The notes under the pieces: model-generated
Seen by the model: only the letters and a program-made list of their open reading frames with translations
Told to the model about the DNA's origin: nothing
Database searches by the model: none
NCBI GenBank assembly: GCA_965231035.1
Contig: OZ246409.1
Span: 91,101-123,100, forward strand
Reading direction: 5' to 3'
DNA length: 32,000 nucleotides
Source: an uncultured Muribaculaceae bacterium
GTDB lineage: Bacteria > Pseudomonadota > Alphaproteobacteria > Rs-D84
Program-made: the position numbers and the translations under genes
Part shown: positions 16,036-24,935 of the stretch, one piece after another
Numbering within the stretch: position 1 is the first letter of the stretch
Layout: each line of letters begins with the position of its first letter

Positions 16036-16761
16036 ATGTCCAAAGGATATGTAATTGCCATTGAAGGTGCAGATAAAGCTGGGAAACATACCCAAGTTGT
16101 AAATATTATGAATTATCTTAAATCAAAAGGAGTTCCTACAGAAACTTTAGATTTTCCGCGATATAAAGAATTTTTTGGTAAACTTGTTAAAGATTATTTG
16201 AATGGAAAATTTGGAGGACTTCAAGATTTACCGGCCGAATATGCAATGTTACCGTATGCACTTGATAGATTACAACATCAACCAATGATAAAAAAATGGC
16301 TAAAAAGTGGTAAATTTGTTGTGTTTGATAGATACAGTTACAGCAATTCTTTTTCTGTTGCAAAATGTCCCCAGGAACTATGGGCTGAAAAAATTAATTA
16401 CATGGAAGACTTAGAATTCAACCGACTTAAACTTATAAAACCGAACCATAATATATATTTATCACTGGATCCAAAAATTGCATTTAATATGAGAAACCAG
16501 GGTTTAAAAGAATATCAAAACGGTAAAGCTGATATTCATGAAAGTGATTTTGGTTTATTATATAACGTATCGAAAGTTTATTATGAAATTGCTGCACAAA
16601 ATCCAAATACTTGGACGGTTATTAATGAAATGAAGCCAGATGGAACAAGAATGAACCAAGAAGAAGTATTCGAAATAATTAAACCTGTATTGGATAAATT
16701 AATAATAGAACAATGGAAAACAACATTTTTCGGCAGATTATTTTCATTAAGACGTAAATAA
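16036..16761 (+). CDS. tmk: thymidylate (dTMP) kinase family protein (241 aa)
   Basis: P-loop IAIEGADKAGKHTQ, DFPRY, DRYSYSNS (DRY motif). AAGGAG SD. The C-terminus carries a basic/hydrophobic extension. Confidence 0.8.
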   Translation: MSKGYVIAIEGADKAGKHTQVVNIMNYLKSKGVPTETLDFPRYKEFFGKLVKDYLNGKFGGLQDLPAEYAMLPYALDRLQHQPMIKKWLKSGKFVVFDRYSYSNSFSVAKCPQELWAEKINYMEDLEFNRLKLIKPNHNIYLSLDPKIAFNMRNQGLKEYQNGKADIHESDFGLLYNVSKVYYEIAAQNPNTWTVINEMKPDGTRMNQEEVFEIIKPVLDKLIIEQWKTTFFGRLFSLRRK

Positions 16762-16857
16762 TTATAAAAACCAGCCAGAATTTGGCGGTTTTTTATAACG
16801 ATTCCATTTAATAAAATTAATAATCAATTGACAAATTGTTTGTATTATGATAATTAA

Positions 16858-17570
16858 TTGTCAATTATGACTAACATTGAAATATTACCTATATTCAGAC
16901 AAAATTCTTTACTATGGAACGAGTTTGCAAATATTGAGGCATATGCTTTAAACGCCAGATATGGTCTTCCCTTATGTAAAGAAGATATTAAAAGAACTTC
17001 TTATAATTATCAACAAATTTGGAAATTGCAAAAAAACAGTTTTGCCTTTGGTGCATATGATAACAAAGACCTAATTGGATTCATATGTGGTTATTACTAC
17101 AAAAATCTTGCGTCTGTCTCCAATTTATATGTAATGCCAAATTATCAAAGTAATGGTATTGCAAGTGCTTTACTGAAACACGCTGAAAAACAGCAGCTAT
17201 AAATTATGATACGATTAATATTTTATATTCGCTTACTAAGGCAAAATCTTTTTATATCGAACGTGGATACAATGAAAATCAAAATTGTAAAAGTTTATCC
17301 AAAGACATTTCTTATCAAATATTTCAAGATTACGTCTCTCCTATTTTTAAAATGTCAGGCAAAATTGAGCAAATTTTAAAAAAATATCCCAATGTAAAAT
17401 CTGCTTGCAATGGAAAAGAGTTTTTAACATGTTTTGCATATTTTAGGAACAATCATGAAATATCAGGCTGCATAGTTGGAGATATTAAACCTTTTTTTAT
17501 TGAATATGATAATTTGAAAATACGTAATATTTTGTTGAATAATTTTAGCAGATCTGTTGAACACTATTAA
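16858..17570 (+). pseudogene. GNAT N-acetyltransferase interrupted by a 1-nt frameshift (ORFs 16858..17202 and 17187..17570)
   Basis: Motif A (LYVMPNYQSNGIASALLKHAEK) ends at stop 17200-17202. The alternative frame, open from 17187, continues with GNAT motif B (NILYSLTKAKSFYIERGY) and runs to 17570. An A5 run at 17186-17190 is a plausible indel site. Confidence 0.6.
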
Positions 17571-17572
17571 TT

Positions 17573-18271
17573 CTATAACATCATCGCTTTATTTTTCATT
17601 TCTGTGGGCAGTTTTTCAATTGCATAACGAAACGCTGTGCGGGGCATTTTATCAACACGTGCCACAACAAAATCATAAACGCGTTTTGGATATTTTTCGC
17701 TGGCGGCTTTTAGTACCCAACCATAACCTTTTTGAACCATATCCGCAGAATCTGTCAGCATTGAATCTGCAATTTCAAAAACATCATCTATGAACTTTCC
17801 ATGTCGGGCAGGTAATATAAATGTCACAGCCGATGCACGACGTACCCAAAGATTTTTTGATTTTGACCATTTCTTTATATCAGAAATCAACGTGGGAAAT
17901 TTTTCAATCAAGGCAGCCATTGTGTGATTGCAAAAAGTATCGCACTTGGCCCAATTGTTTATATAATTTTTTACCCATTTTTCAAAAGTTATAAAATCTG
18001 ATTTTTCAAACTTTTTATGAATTCGATACGCAAAAGCGCAGGCTATAAAAAATTCTTCTTGATAATCTGTTTTCATCAAGCTTTCGCAAAGTTCAAAAAC
18101 TTTTGACTTTTCCATTTTATCAATTTGCAAAAAATACTCGCGAGCCAACTTTTGAACATCAGGTGTTTTTACACCATGAATTTTAATTTTTTCTTTGAAA
18201 AATCGTCTGCCACTTTCCGCAACCTGTGGATCTGATATTTTTAAAATACGATTTTGTATTTCATAAAGCAT
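17573..18271 (-). CDS. DNA alkylation repair protein, AlkD-like HEAT-repeat glycosylase family
   Basis: KSKNLWVRRASAVTFIL...MVQKGYGWVLKAASEKYPKRVYDFV...MPRTAFRYAIEKL parallels B. cereus AlkD (NIWLQRAAILFQL...FIQKAIGWVLREYAKTNP...LSKREAIKHI). The ORF extends to 18313, but ATG 18271 avoids overlap with the upstream gene. Confidence 0.8.
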   Translation of the reverse strand: MLYEIQNRILKISDPQVAESGRRFFKEKIKIHGVKTPDVQKLAREYFLQIDKMEKSKVFELCESLMKTDYQEEFFIACAFAYRIHKKFEKSDFITFEKWVKNYINNWAKCDTFCNHTMAALIEKFPTLISDIKKWSKSKNLWVRRASAVTFILPARHGKFIDDVFEIADSMLTDSADMVQKGYGWVLKAASEKYPKRVYDFVVARVDKMPRTAFRYAIEKLPTEMKNKAMML

Positions 18272-18290
18272 AATTATCTCATGTTTAGAA

Positions 18291-19334
18291 TTACTTATTT
18301 TGCAATTCATCAATTTGTTTTTTAAGTTTTACAATTTCTTTATGTTTCTTATTTTGTTCTTTTTTAAAAAGTTTTTCTGTTTTATTTTTAGCACGCTGAA
18401 ACTTCCTATCTGCCTTATTAAAATCTTTTATAGCATGTTTGTATTCTAAAACTTTAGGTTTAGTCTGAAAAATCATATCTTGTATTTTTTGATTACTTAA
18501 TAAACTTTGATTCATATTTAATATAAAATTATTACTTTCATACTTTAGTAAGTTTATTTCTTTATTATCAATATATACAATAAACATATTTTTTACTATT
18601 TCTTCAAATATATTTTTATGATTCGGTTTTTTAATTTTTTTTGATTCAGCTAAAGTCAACCCAGTGTTTCTGATAAACTGATCATAATATTGTTTAGAGT
18701 TAAGTAAATACTCAGTATTCGATTTAACAATTATTTCAATTTCTTCTTTTGAAGGACCATCTTCTATCATTTTTCTTGCGGTCTCTTTATATATTGAACT
18801 ATCTTTTGATAAAAAAATTCCGGTAAGCCATCTTTCATACCTTGTTTCCATAGTTGATGTATCTTTTAAAAAAAAATCACCTTTGTTTAAAATATCTTCT
18901 AAAAACCATTTGCGATGACCTACTAGGTCAGTTAAACAAAAACTAGTTAACTCATTATAAAATTCTAATAAGAAAGTTTCTTCTTTTGTTAAACCATGTA
19001 TTTTTGAACCGAACATATAATTTTTATAGTGATTCCACTCGTGCTCATAAGTTCCAATATTTACCCCACCAACTTGTCCATTGTCATACCGAAGTGAATG
19101 TAATTTTATTAATTTGTTATTTGAACTAAAACTTGCCAAAGATGTAAATATTGTATACAAATCTTTATAATTAATAGTATCTTTTACAACTTCTAATTTA
19201 CGTTTATCATCGTTTCTAATCTTGTCTTGTGGTAATTCATTATCAATTGTTTGTGCAGATGTATTTTTACCACCAATCAAAATTAATAAAGTAAATAAAG
19301 TAATAATATGAAAATTTTTAAATTTTGAATTCAT
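18291..19334 (-). CDS. secreted protein with an HExxH motif and a Lys-rich coiled C-terminus (347 aa), very low GC
   Basis: Signal peptide MNSKFKNFHIITLFTLLILIGGKNTSAQ. GTYEHEWNHYKN contains HEWNH. The start overlaps the upstream stop (TAATG). Confidence 0.6.
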   Translation of the reverse strand: MNSKFKNFHIITLFTLLILIGGKNTSAQTIDNELPQDKIRNDDKRKLEVVKDTINYKDLYTIFTSLASFSSNNKLIKLHSLRYDNGQVGGVNIGTYEHEWNHYKNYMFGSKIHGLTKEETFLLEFYNELTSFCLTDLVGHRKWFLEDILNKGDFFLKDTSTMETRYERWLTGIFLSKDSSIYKETARKMIEDGPSKEEIEIIVKSNTEYLLNSKQYYDQFIRNTGLTLAESKKIKKPNHKNIFEEIVKNMFIVYIDNKEINLLKYESNNFILNMNQSLLSNQKIQDMIFQTKPKVLEYKHAIKDFNKADRKFQRAKNKTEKLFKKEQNKKHKEIVKLKKQIDELQNK

Positions 19335-21262
19335 TAAATATTTCCATTAAGAATCGTGTAAACCTGGCCCAGGTCGGTTTTCAATAATGTCTCTATCAGC
19401 ATATCTTTGTTATCTGCCTGTTCTGCGCCAGTCATTATTTTATTAAATGCACGAATAAACTGTGTCGCTTGGGAACGGAAAACAGCATCAGATTTTAACA
19501 GATCTCGAATTTGTTTTTTTTCTGCCGCTGCCAACATCCTTGCCAACCATTTTGAAAATATTGTTTTATCCCCAGCATGATATTTCTTTAACACAGCATC
19601 TGGAATTTCCGCACCAATACTACGTGTCAAATCCATTGATTGTTCATGAAGTTTTTCAACCATTTTTTCGCTTTGTTTTATGAAATCTTGGCTGCTGATT
19701 TTTGCAAATGTTTGTGCAGGTGCTGCCTTGATTGCTTCCATTGGGGCAGTAGCACGTGCAACCATCATTTGTTTATTTAATGTCTGCAATGTGGTCACAG
19801 CCTTGGCATAGTCGGACATTAAATCTATCATTTGCTGGCGTGATTGACCCGACAAGTTTTCAAGTTTTAAAGAAGATTCAGAAATTCCATCAATAGATTC
19901 AGCAGCTGTTTGTTTCAGAATATCAATTTTTTCATTCATTGTAGCAACTATGGTTTCCAGATTCTGAGCCATTTCAACCGATCCTTCGGATAATTCGGGC
20001 AGGGCTTTGTAATATTTTTCTATCAGTTCCGACAAAGGTTGTAATTGAGCAGTTGTATCATTTGACATCTTTATTAAATTGGCAGATTGGCTGGAAAGCT
20101 GAGTATGTGCCGTATTCATTTCCATCAATGTCTCGCGTACGCCAATTGCCATCGCACGAACAGAGTCTGAAAATGCACCAGCAGCCGATCGTGTATTTTC
20201 CAAAGTCGTATTTGCCACGCCGGAAACAGTATTTAACTCACCAACTACACCTGTTGCGAATTCACGGATTTCACCATTGAATCTGTTAGTCAAAGTTGCA
20301 AGTTCGGTTGATACATTTCGAACCGAAGACTCTGTTGTAGATGCCGAAGACATCAGATTTTCAACCGCATCCGCCAGTTTTTTGACCTGTTTTTCAATTG
20401 AAGATTCTGCTAAACGGATTTGACCCCCAACAACATTTGCGGTATTGCTTAACGAATTCATCTGGTTTGTTAATAATGTCTTGGACTGTTTTGTAAATGC
20501 ATCTAATTTTTCAAGTTGTGATCCTAATAATTTATCATTATTTTCCATCAATTTTTCATAGTCTGCTGCTGATGTTTTAACTTTATCAAATCCTTCGGAT
20601 GTTGAATTTGATAAATCTGTTAATTTTTGTTGTATTATTCCAGATTCTTCGGTCATTGCACGAATCTGAGAAACATTGCCATCAATCTCGGCTTTTAATT
20701 GTTCCGACATTTTTTTACCAGAAGAAATCCAACCATCAATATGATTCTGCAAGGTTGAAGTCTTATCAATTGTATCCTGGGAAACTGTATCAATTTTATT
20801 TAATAACCCATTGATACGATTTGTAAAGTTTTCAGCCGAGTTTTCAACATTTTTCCATCCATTTGAATCAACAATGCCTTTTAATCCGGTTACAGTGTTG
20901 TCTAAACGTTGGGACATCACTGCTATCTTTTTTGCAGCTTCTTCTGCCAACCCAACTAATTTTTCATTGTGACCAGACAGCTCATTCTTCAATTCCTGTG
21001 CAGAAGATATTTGTGACATCAAAGTATCCTGCATCGTCTTAAAACCAGTATGAATTTTATTAATTTCATCCGCCAGAATTATTTGTAACACACGTGAAGC
21101 ATCTTGAACTTTGGCACGTTCTGGACGTGTCATCAAAAGCAGTAAAGATTCCATAACTTTTTGTGATCGTTTAGACACTGAAAATAGAAAAATCATTGCA
21201 ATTATAAATAAAAATCCCAAAACTCCGCTGGCGATTAAAAATATATCTGTTGTTTCCATCAT
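19334..21262 (-). CDS. membrane-anchored long coiled-coil protein (about 642 aa)
   Basis: GGGAGA SD before ATGATG at 21262. One N-terminal TM helix (IFLIASGVLGFLFIIAMIFLFSV). About 600 aa of Q/E/K/L/S/T-rich helical sequence follows. The ORF track begins at 21280. Confidence 0.7.
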   Translation of the reverse strand: MMETTDIFLIASGVLGFLFIIAMIFLFSVSKRSQKVMESLLLLMTRPERAKVQDASRVLQIILADEINKIHTGFKTMQDTLMSQISSAQELKNELSGHNEKLVGLAEEAAKKIAVMSQRLDNTVTGLKGIVDSNGWKNVENSAENFTNRINGLLNKIDTVSQDTIDKTSTLQNHIDGWISSGKKMSEQLKAEIDGNVSQIRAMTEESGIIQQKLTDLSNSTSEGFDKVKTSAADYEKLMENNDKLLGSQLEKLDAFTKQSKTLLTNQMNSLSNTANVVGGQIRLAESSIEKQVKKLADAVENLMSSASTTESSVRNVSTELATLTNRFNGEIREFATGVVGELNTVSGVANTTLENTRSAAGAFSDSVRAMAIGVRETLMEMNTAHTQLSSQSANLIKMSNDTTAQLQPLSELIEKYYKALPELSEGSVEMAQNLETIVATMNEKIDILKQTAAESIDGISESSLKLENLSGQSRQQMIDLMSDYAKAVTTLQTLNKQMMVARATAPMEAIKAAPAQTFAKISSQDFIKQSEKMVEKLHEQSMDLTRSIGAEIPDAVLKKYHAGDKTIFSKWLARMLAAAEKKQIRDLLKSDAVFRSQATQFIRAFNKIMTGAEQADNKDMLIETLLKTDLGQVYTILNGNI

Positions 21263-21284
21263 ATTCTCCCATAAACACATATTG

Positions 21285-21313
21285 TTGCACTTTGTAAAAA
21301 TTTATACTAAAAT
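21285..21313 (+). promoter_or_regulatory. promoter candidate for addA
   Basis: TTGCAC (21285-21290), 17 nt, TAAAAT (21308-21313). An AAGGG SD precedes ATG 21337. Confidence 0.45.
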
Positions 21314-21336
21314 ATCATAAATAAAGCAAGGGCATA

Positions 21337-22938
21337 ATGGCAAAAAGACAGACACTTTCACCAGAACAAAATCAAGCTGCGAATCCAATTGAAAACATTT
21401 GGGTCCAAGCAAACGCAGGTACTGGAAAAACAAGCGTTTTGGTTCAACGTCTGTTGCGAATTTTATTCAGATCAGATAATCAGTTACATCGAAATCATAA
21501 ACCAAATGGCATATTGTGTTTGACATATACAAACGCGGGTGCCAGTGAAATGCGAAATAGGATTTTGTCTGCTTTGCGTGATTGGGCAACCGCTGACGAT
21601 AAAAGGCTTTATGAATTACTTGATGGCGTATCTGAAAAAAAAGATCCTGATAAATATGATTTAGAACATGCCAGAAATATTTTTTATGAATATATTGATA
21701 ATCCAGACATATTAAAGATAAAAACAATACATGGATTTTGTGAAGAGGTACTTCGCAGGTTTCCGATCGAGGCTGGGATTTCACCTGCGTGGAATTTGAT
21801 ATCTGATTCAAATCAAAAAATAATGCTTACGGATGCTTTTCATAAATTAATAAACTCTCCGATTACAAAAAATAGTAATTCTGATGATGAAAGCATAAGA
21901 ATAAATGATGCCTTTTCTCGCATAGTGGAAAGGGTATCCGAGCAGTCTTTTGATGAACTTTTGGGCATTTTAACCAGTCAGTACAAACAATTCTTCAAGG
22001 TGACTGATATTTATAGTTATAGGAAATACTTCATTGATAATATTAAATATTTTCTTGATATCAATCCACCAATTATAATAGAAGAATCAACCGAAAAACT
22101 GAAAAAAATTATAGAATTGGTTGAAAATGAGGTAAAATCATCGAAAAAGCCGGCAGGATACCTCACTGAAGTTATTAATTTAACAAAACAGTATATTGAT
22201 AAAACTATAAATTTTGAAAAATATAAAGAGGCGTATTTGACGGCTTCCGATACCAAGATTGCAAACGTCGCCAAAAAAGATTTTTTGATTGAAGAACAAG
22301 GTAGAGTCTATAAACTGAATCAAAAACACCTGGACGAACAGATATATGCGGATACAATCGCATTATTTGACCTGTCAGCAGCTTTTACAAAGACGTATAA
22401 AGAGTTAAAAGCCGAAAGAAATGCCTTGGATTTTGATGATTTGATACTTTACACCAGAAAATTATTTTCAAAACCAGATGTAATGGGTTGGATTCTGTCA
22501 CAACTTGATATGTCACTTAGTCATATACTTGTGGACGAGGCCCAAGACACCAGTCCTGAGCAGTGGGAAATACTTCGCATGCTGTCTGGTGATTTTTTTA
22601 CAGATGGTGACATCGATAAAAACACACATTCCTTGTTTGTTGTTGGAGATACCAAGCAATCTATATATGGCTTCCAGGGTGCAGATCCATTGGCTTTTGC
22701 CAGCAGTCGTGATGAAATTGCAAATCAAATCAAAAACAATTTACGATCAATAACAGAAGTTCCATTAACTCAAAGTTTTCGTTCAACTGCAGCAATACTA
22801 AGGACTGTAGATTATTTCTTTGGAAATTCAGATATAAAAAGCATTTCTGGATTTGTAAACAACGATCATAAATGCTTCAGACAAGATTCATGTGGTGTCG
22901 TAGAATTGCACTCTTTGTCTTCAAAAGAATCGAATTGA
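21337..22938 (+). CDS. addA: double-strand break repair helicase AddA, N-terminal fragment (UvrD-type domains 1A/1B); the gene is split
   Basis: Walker A NAGTGKTSVL, ILCLTYTNAGASEMRNR, VDEAQDTSPEQW, VGDTKQSIYGFQGA, LTQSFRS. The ORF stops at 22938 where AddA normally continues. Confidence 0.85.
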   Translation: MAKRQTLSPEQNQAANPIENIWVQANAGTGKTSVLVQRLLRILFRSDNQLHRNHKPNGILCLTYTNAGASEMRNRILSALRDWATADDKRLYELLDGVSEKKDPDKYDLEHARNIFYEYIDNPDILKIKTIHGFCEEVLRRFPIEAGISPAWNLISDSNQKIMLTDAFHKLINSPITKNSNSDDESIRINDAFSRIVERVSEQSFDELLGILTSQYKQFFKVTDIYSYRKYFIDNIKYFLDINPPIIIEESTEKLKKIIELVENEVKSSKKPAGYLTEVINLTKQYIDKTINFEKYKEAYLTASDTKIANVAKKDFLIEEQGRVYKLNQKHLDEQIYADTIALFDLSAAFTKTYKELKAERNALDFDDLILYTRKLFSKPDVMGWILSQLDMSLSHILVDEAQDTSPEQWEILRMLSGDFFTDGDIDKNTHSLFVVGDTKQSIYGFQGADPLAFASSRDEIANQIKNNLRSITEVPLTQSFRSTAAILRTVDYFFGNSDIKSISGFVNNDHKCFRQDSCGVVELHSLSSKESN

Positions 22939-23317
22939 TACAAATTTAAAACATTCCAAATTATATGATTCGTTTTTGGTCATTTTAAATATAAAAAAAA
23001 CATGCTTTTAAACACTTAAATACAATCACATTCGGCAATTAATACTGGTATAACATTACTTGCATTTAATTGTAATATGCAGATTTATTGAAATATTTGA
23101 TGTATAAATCAATCAGATAATATACCTTTATAAAACAATGATGTTTTTTTTATAATTTTCATATTTTCTTCAAAATTTAATGAAATTTTGTTAAAAATAA
23201 CCTGTGTAAAAAATTGATTTTATAAAATATTTTTTGCATAAAATACTTTTACAATGAAAAATCATATGATATCATTAATAGTGAATTGAAATTTTATATT
23301 CATGAAAATATTTTTTT

Positions 23318-24448
23318 ATGAAACAAAATAAAAAATATATGAAAGATGAAAATTTGAAAACTTTATCAGAAAAAAAATCTGCTGCGAAAGCTCGTAAGGA
23401 ATACTTATGTAATATCGCTGATAAAATTCAATCTTTGATTTCTGAAAAAACATTCCAAGCAAATGAAATTATGGTTCTGGTTCAACGCAGAAACCCTTTT
23501 GCAGGTCCATTAGTCAAAGAATTAAAGTCTCGTGACATAGAAGTAGCCGGAAATGACCGCATTATTTTGCCAGAATTTCCAGCAATCCGTGATTTGCTGA
23601 ATCTAGTAAGGTTTTGTATTGATAAAACGGATAATTACAGTTTATGTTGCACTTTGAAAAGTCCGATTTATCATCTGAAAGAACAAGATATTTATAATCT
23701 TTGTAAAATCAAAACTGATTTGCAAAAAGATGTATCAGTCTTTGATGTTTTGGGAAAAAATTACCCTGAAATATATTCCGAGCTTTCAAACATTATTGAA
23801 TGGTCAAAAACTTTGGCACCATATTCGTTTTTTATGCGTGTTTTGAACACAAATAATAATCGCGAAAAAATGATAGCTGCACTTGGTACACAAATTATTG
23901 ATCCCTTGGAAGAATTTTTAACTATTTGTTTGGCATACGAAAGAACTAAACCTGGAACACTTCGTCATTTTATAAAATGGTTTATAACCGGTGGCAGTGA
24001 AATCAAACGCGACATGGATGCCAGCAGTGGCGTCAGAATAGTAACCGTTCACGGCAGCAAAGGTTTAGAAGCCCCAGCAGTATTCTTAATAGACACAATC
24101 GCAACACCAAAGCAGGATAGGGTTTTGGAGCTTTCACAAATTAACACAAATCATAAAAACAATGATATTGATGCTCAGAAGCTGACTGCATGGTTATGGT
24201 CACCACAAAAAAGTAATAACGAAAAATTAGAATCTGTTGCAGAAATAAATATGAATAAGAAAATTGCCGAGTATTATCGCTTGCTGTACGTAGCAATGAC
24301 ACGTGCACGTGACAGACTTTATATTTATGGTTTTACATCTAATAAAAATCCACCTGAAATTGCATGGCATACTCAATTAATAAATGTTTTATCTGATATA
24401 CCAGGTGCAAAATCTGAAAAAGATGTCATAGAAATAACAAATGTGTAA
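23318..24448 (+). CDS. addA: AddA, central fragment (helicase domains 2A/2B)
   Basis: IMVLVQRRNPF...LKSRDIEVAGNDRIIL, VRIVTVHGSKGLEAPAVFL, LLYVAMTRARDRLYIYG (UvrD motifs IV-VI). No SD before ATG 23318. Confidence 0.8.
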   Translation: MKQNKKYMKDENLKTLSEKKSAAKARKEYLCNIADKIQSLISEKTFQANEIMVLVQRRNPFAGPLVKELKSRDIEVAGNDRIILPEFPAIRDLLNLVRFCIDKTDNYSLCCTLKSPIYHLKEQDIYNLCKIKTDLQKDVSVFDVLGKNYPEIYSELSNIIEWSKTLAPYSFFMRVLNTNNNREKMIAALGTQIIDPLEEFLTICLAYERTKPGTLRHFIKWFITGGSEIKRDMDASSGVRIVTVHGSKGLEAPAVFLIDTIATPKQDRVLELSQINTNHKNNDIDAQKLTAWLWSPQKSNNEKLESVAEINMNKKIAEYYRLLYVAMTRARDRLYIYGFTSNKNPPEIAWHTQLINVLSDIPGAKSEKDVIEITNV

Positions 24449-24887
24449 AAATATTCTTGAAATTTTATCAAAAAGGACTAGCCAACAGTTTGCAACTGAG
24501 GTTGGTACAGAAACGCATAAGAAAATGCAAAAAATTGTTATTGATGGTGATTTAATTATTGGAAATAATACATTGATACAACAAATAAAATTAAAAAAAG
24601 AACTGTTGCAATTTTTTACAAAGAGTTCCCAAACAGAAGTGCCTTTGGCGGGTGTAATAAACGGTAAATTCATCAGTCGCCGCATAGACAGATTGATAAA
24701 AGATGATGAAACAAAACATATATTATTTTTAGATTACAAAACTGACACAAACAAAAATTTATTTCGCGAAAAATACATCGCACAGATGAAAGACTACAAA
24801 GAATTGCTTAAAAAAATATACCCTAGTTATTCTGTACATGGATTAATTTTATGGTTGCAAGATTTTACAACCGAAGAAATTTGTTGA
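24441..24887 (+). CDS. addA: AddA, C-terminal RecB-type PD-(D/E)XK nuclease fragment, frameshifted relative to the central fragment
   Basis: GTETHKKMQ, RRIDRL and FLDYKTD nuclease motifs, and Q..DY (KYIAQMKDYKELL). It overlaps the previous ORF by 8 nt in another frame. Confidence 0.8.
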   Translation: MCKNILEILSKRTSQQFATEVGTETHKKMQKIVIDGDLIIGNNTLIQQIKLKKELLQFFTKSSQTEVPLAGVINGKFISRRIDRLIKDDETKHILFLDYKTDTNKNLFREKYIAQMKDYKELLKKIYPSYSVHGLILWLQDFTTEEIC

Positions 24888-24899
24888 CTCTAAAACCCC

Positions 24900-24929
24900 T
24901 TGAAATATGTTTAATTATTTGTCTATAAT
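24900..24929 (+). promoter_or_regulatory. promoter abutting the recN start (predicted leaderless)
   Basis: TTGAAA (24900-24905), 18 nt, TATAAT (24924-24929), 6 nt, ATG 24936. No SD. Confidence 0.5.
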
Positions 24930-24935
24930 TTGACT

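Noticed and set aside
22932-23303. Similar short sequences occur at both edges of the addA gap (GAATTGA...AAATTT...ATTC at 22932 and at 23283). They could be target-site duplications of an inserted element.
   Set aside because: Only a 7-mer is exact and the rest is loose similarity in extremely AT-rich DNA. No terminal inverted repeats or transposase are present, so this is too weak to call a mobile element.
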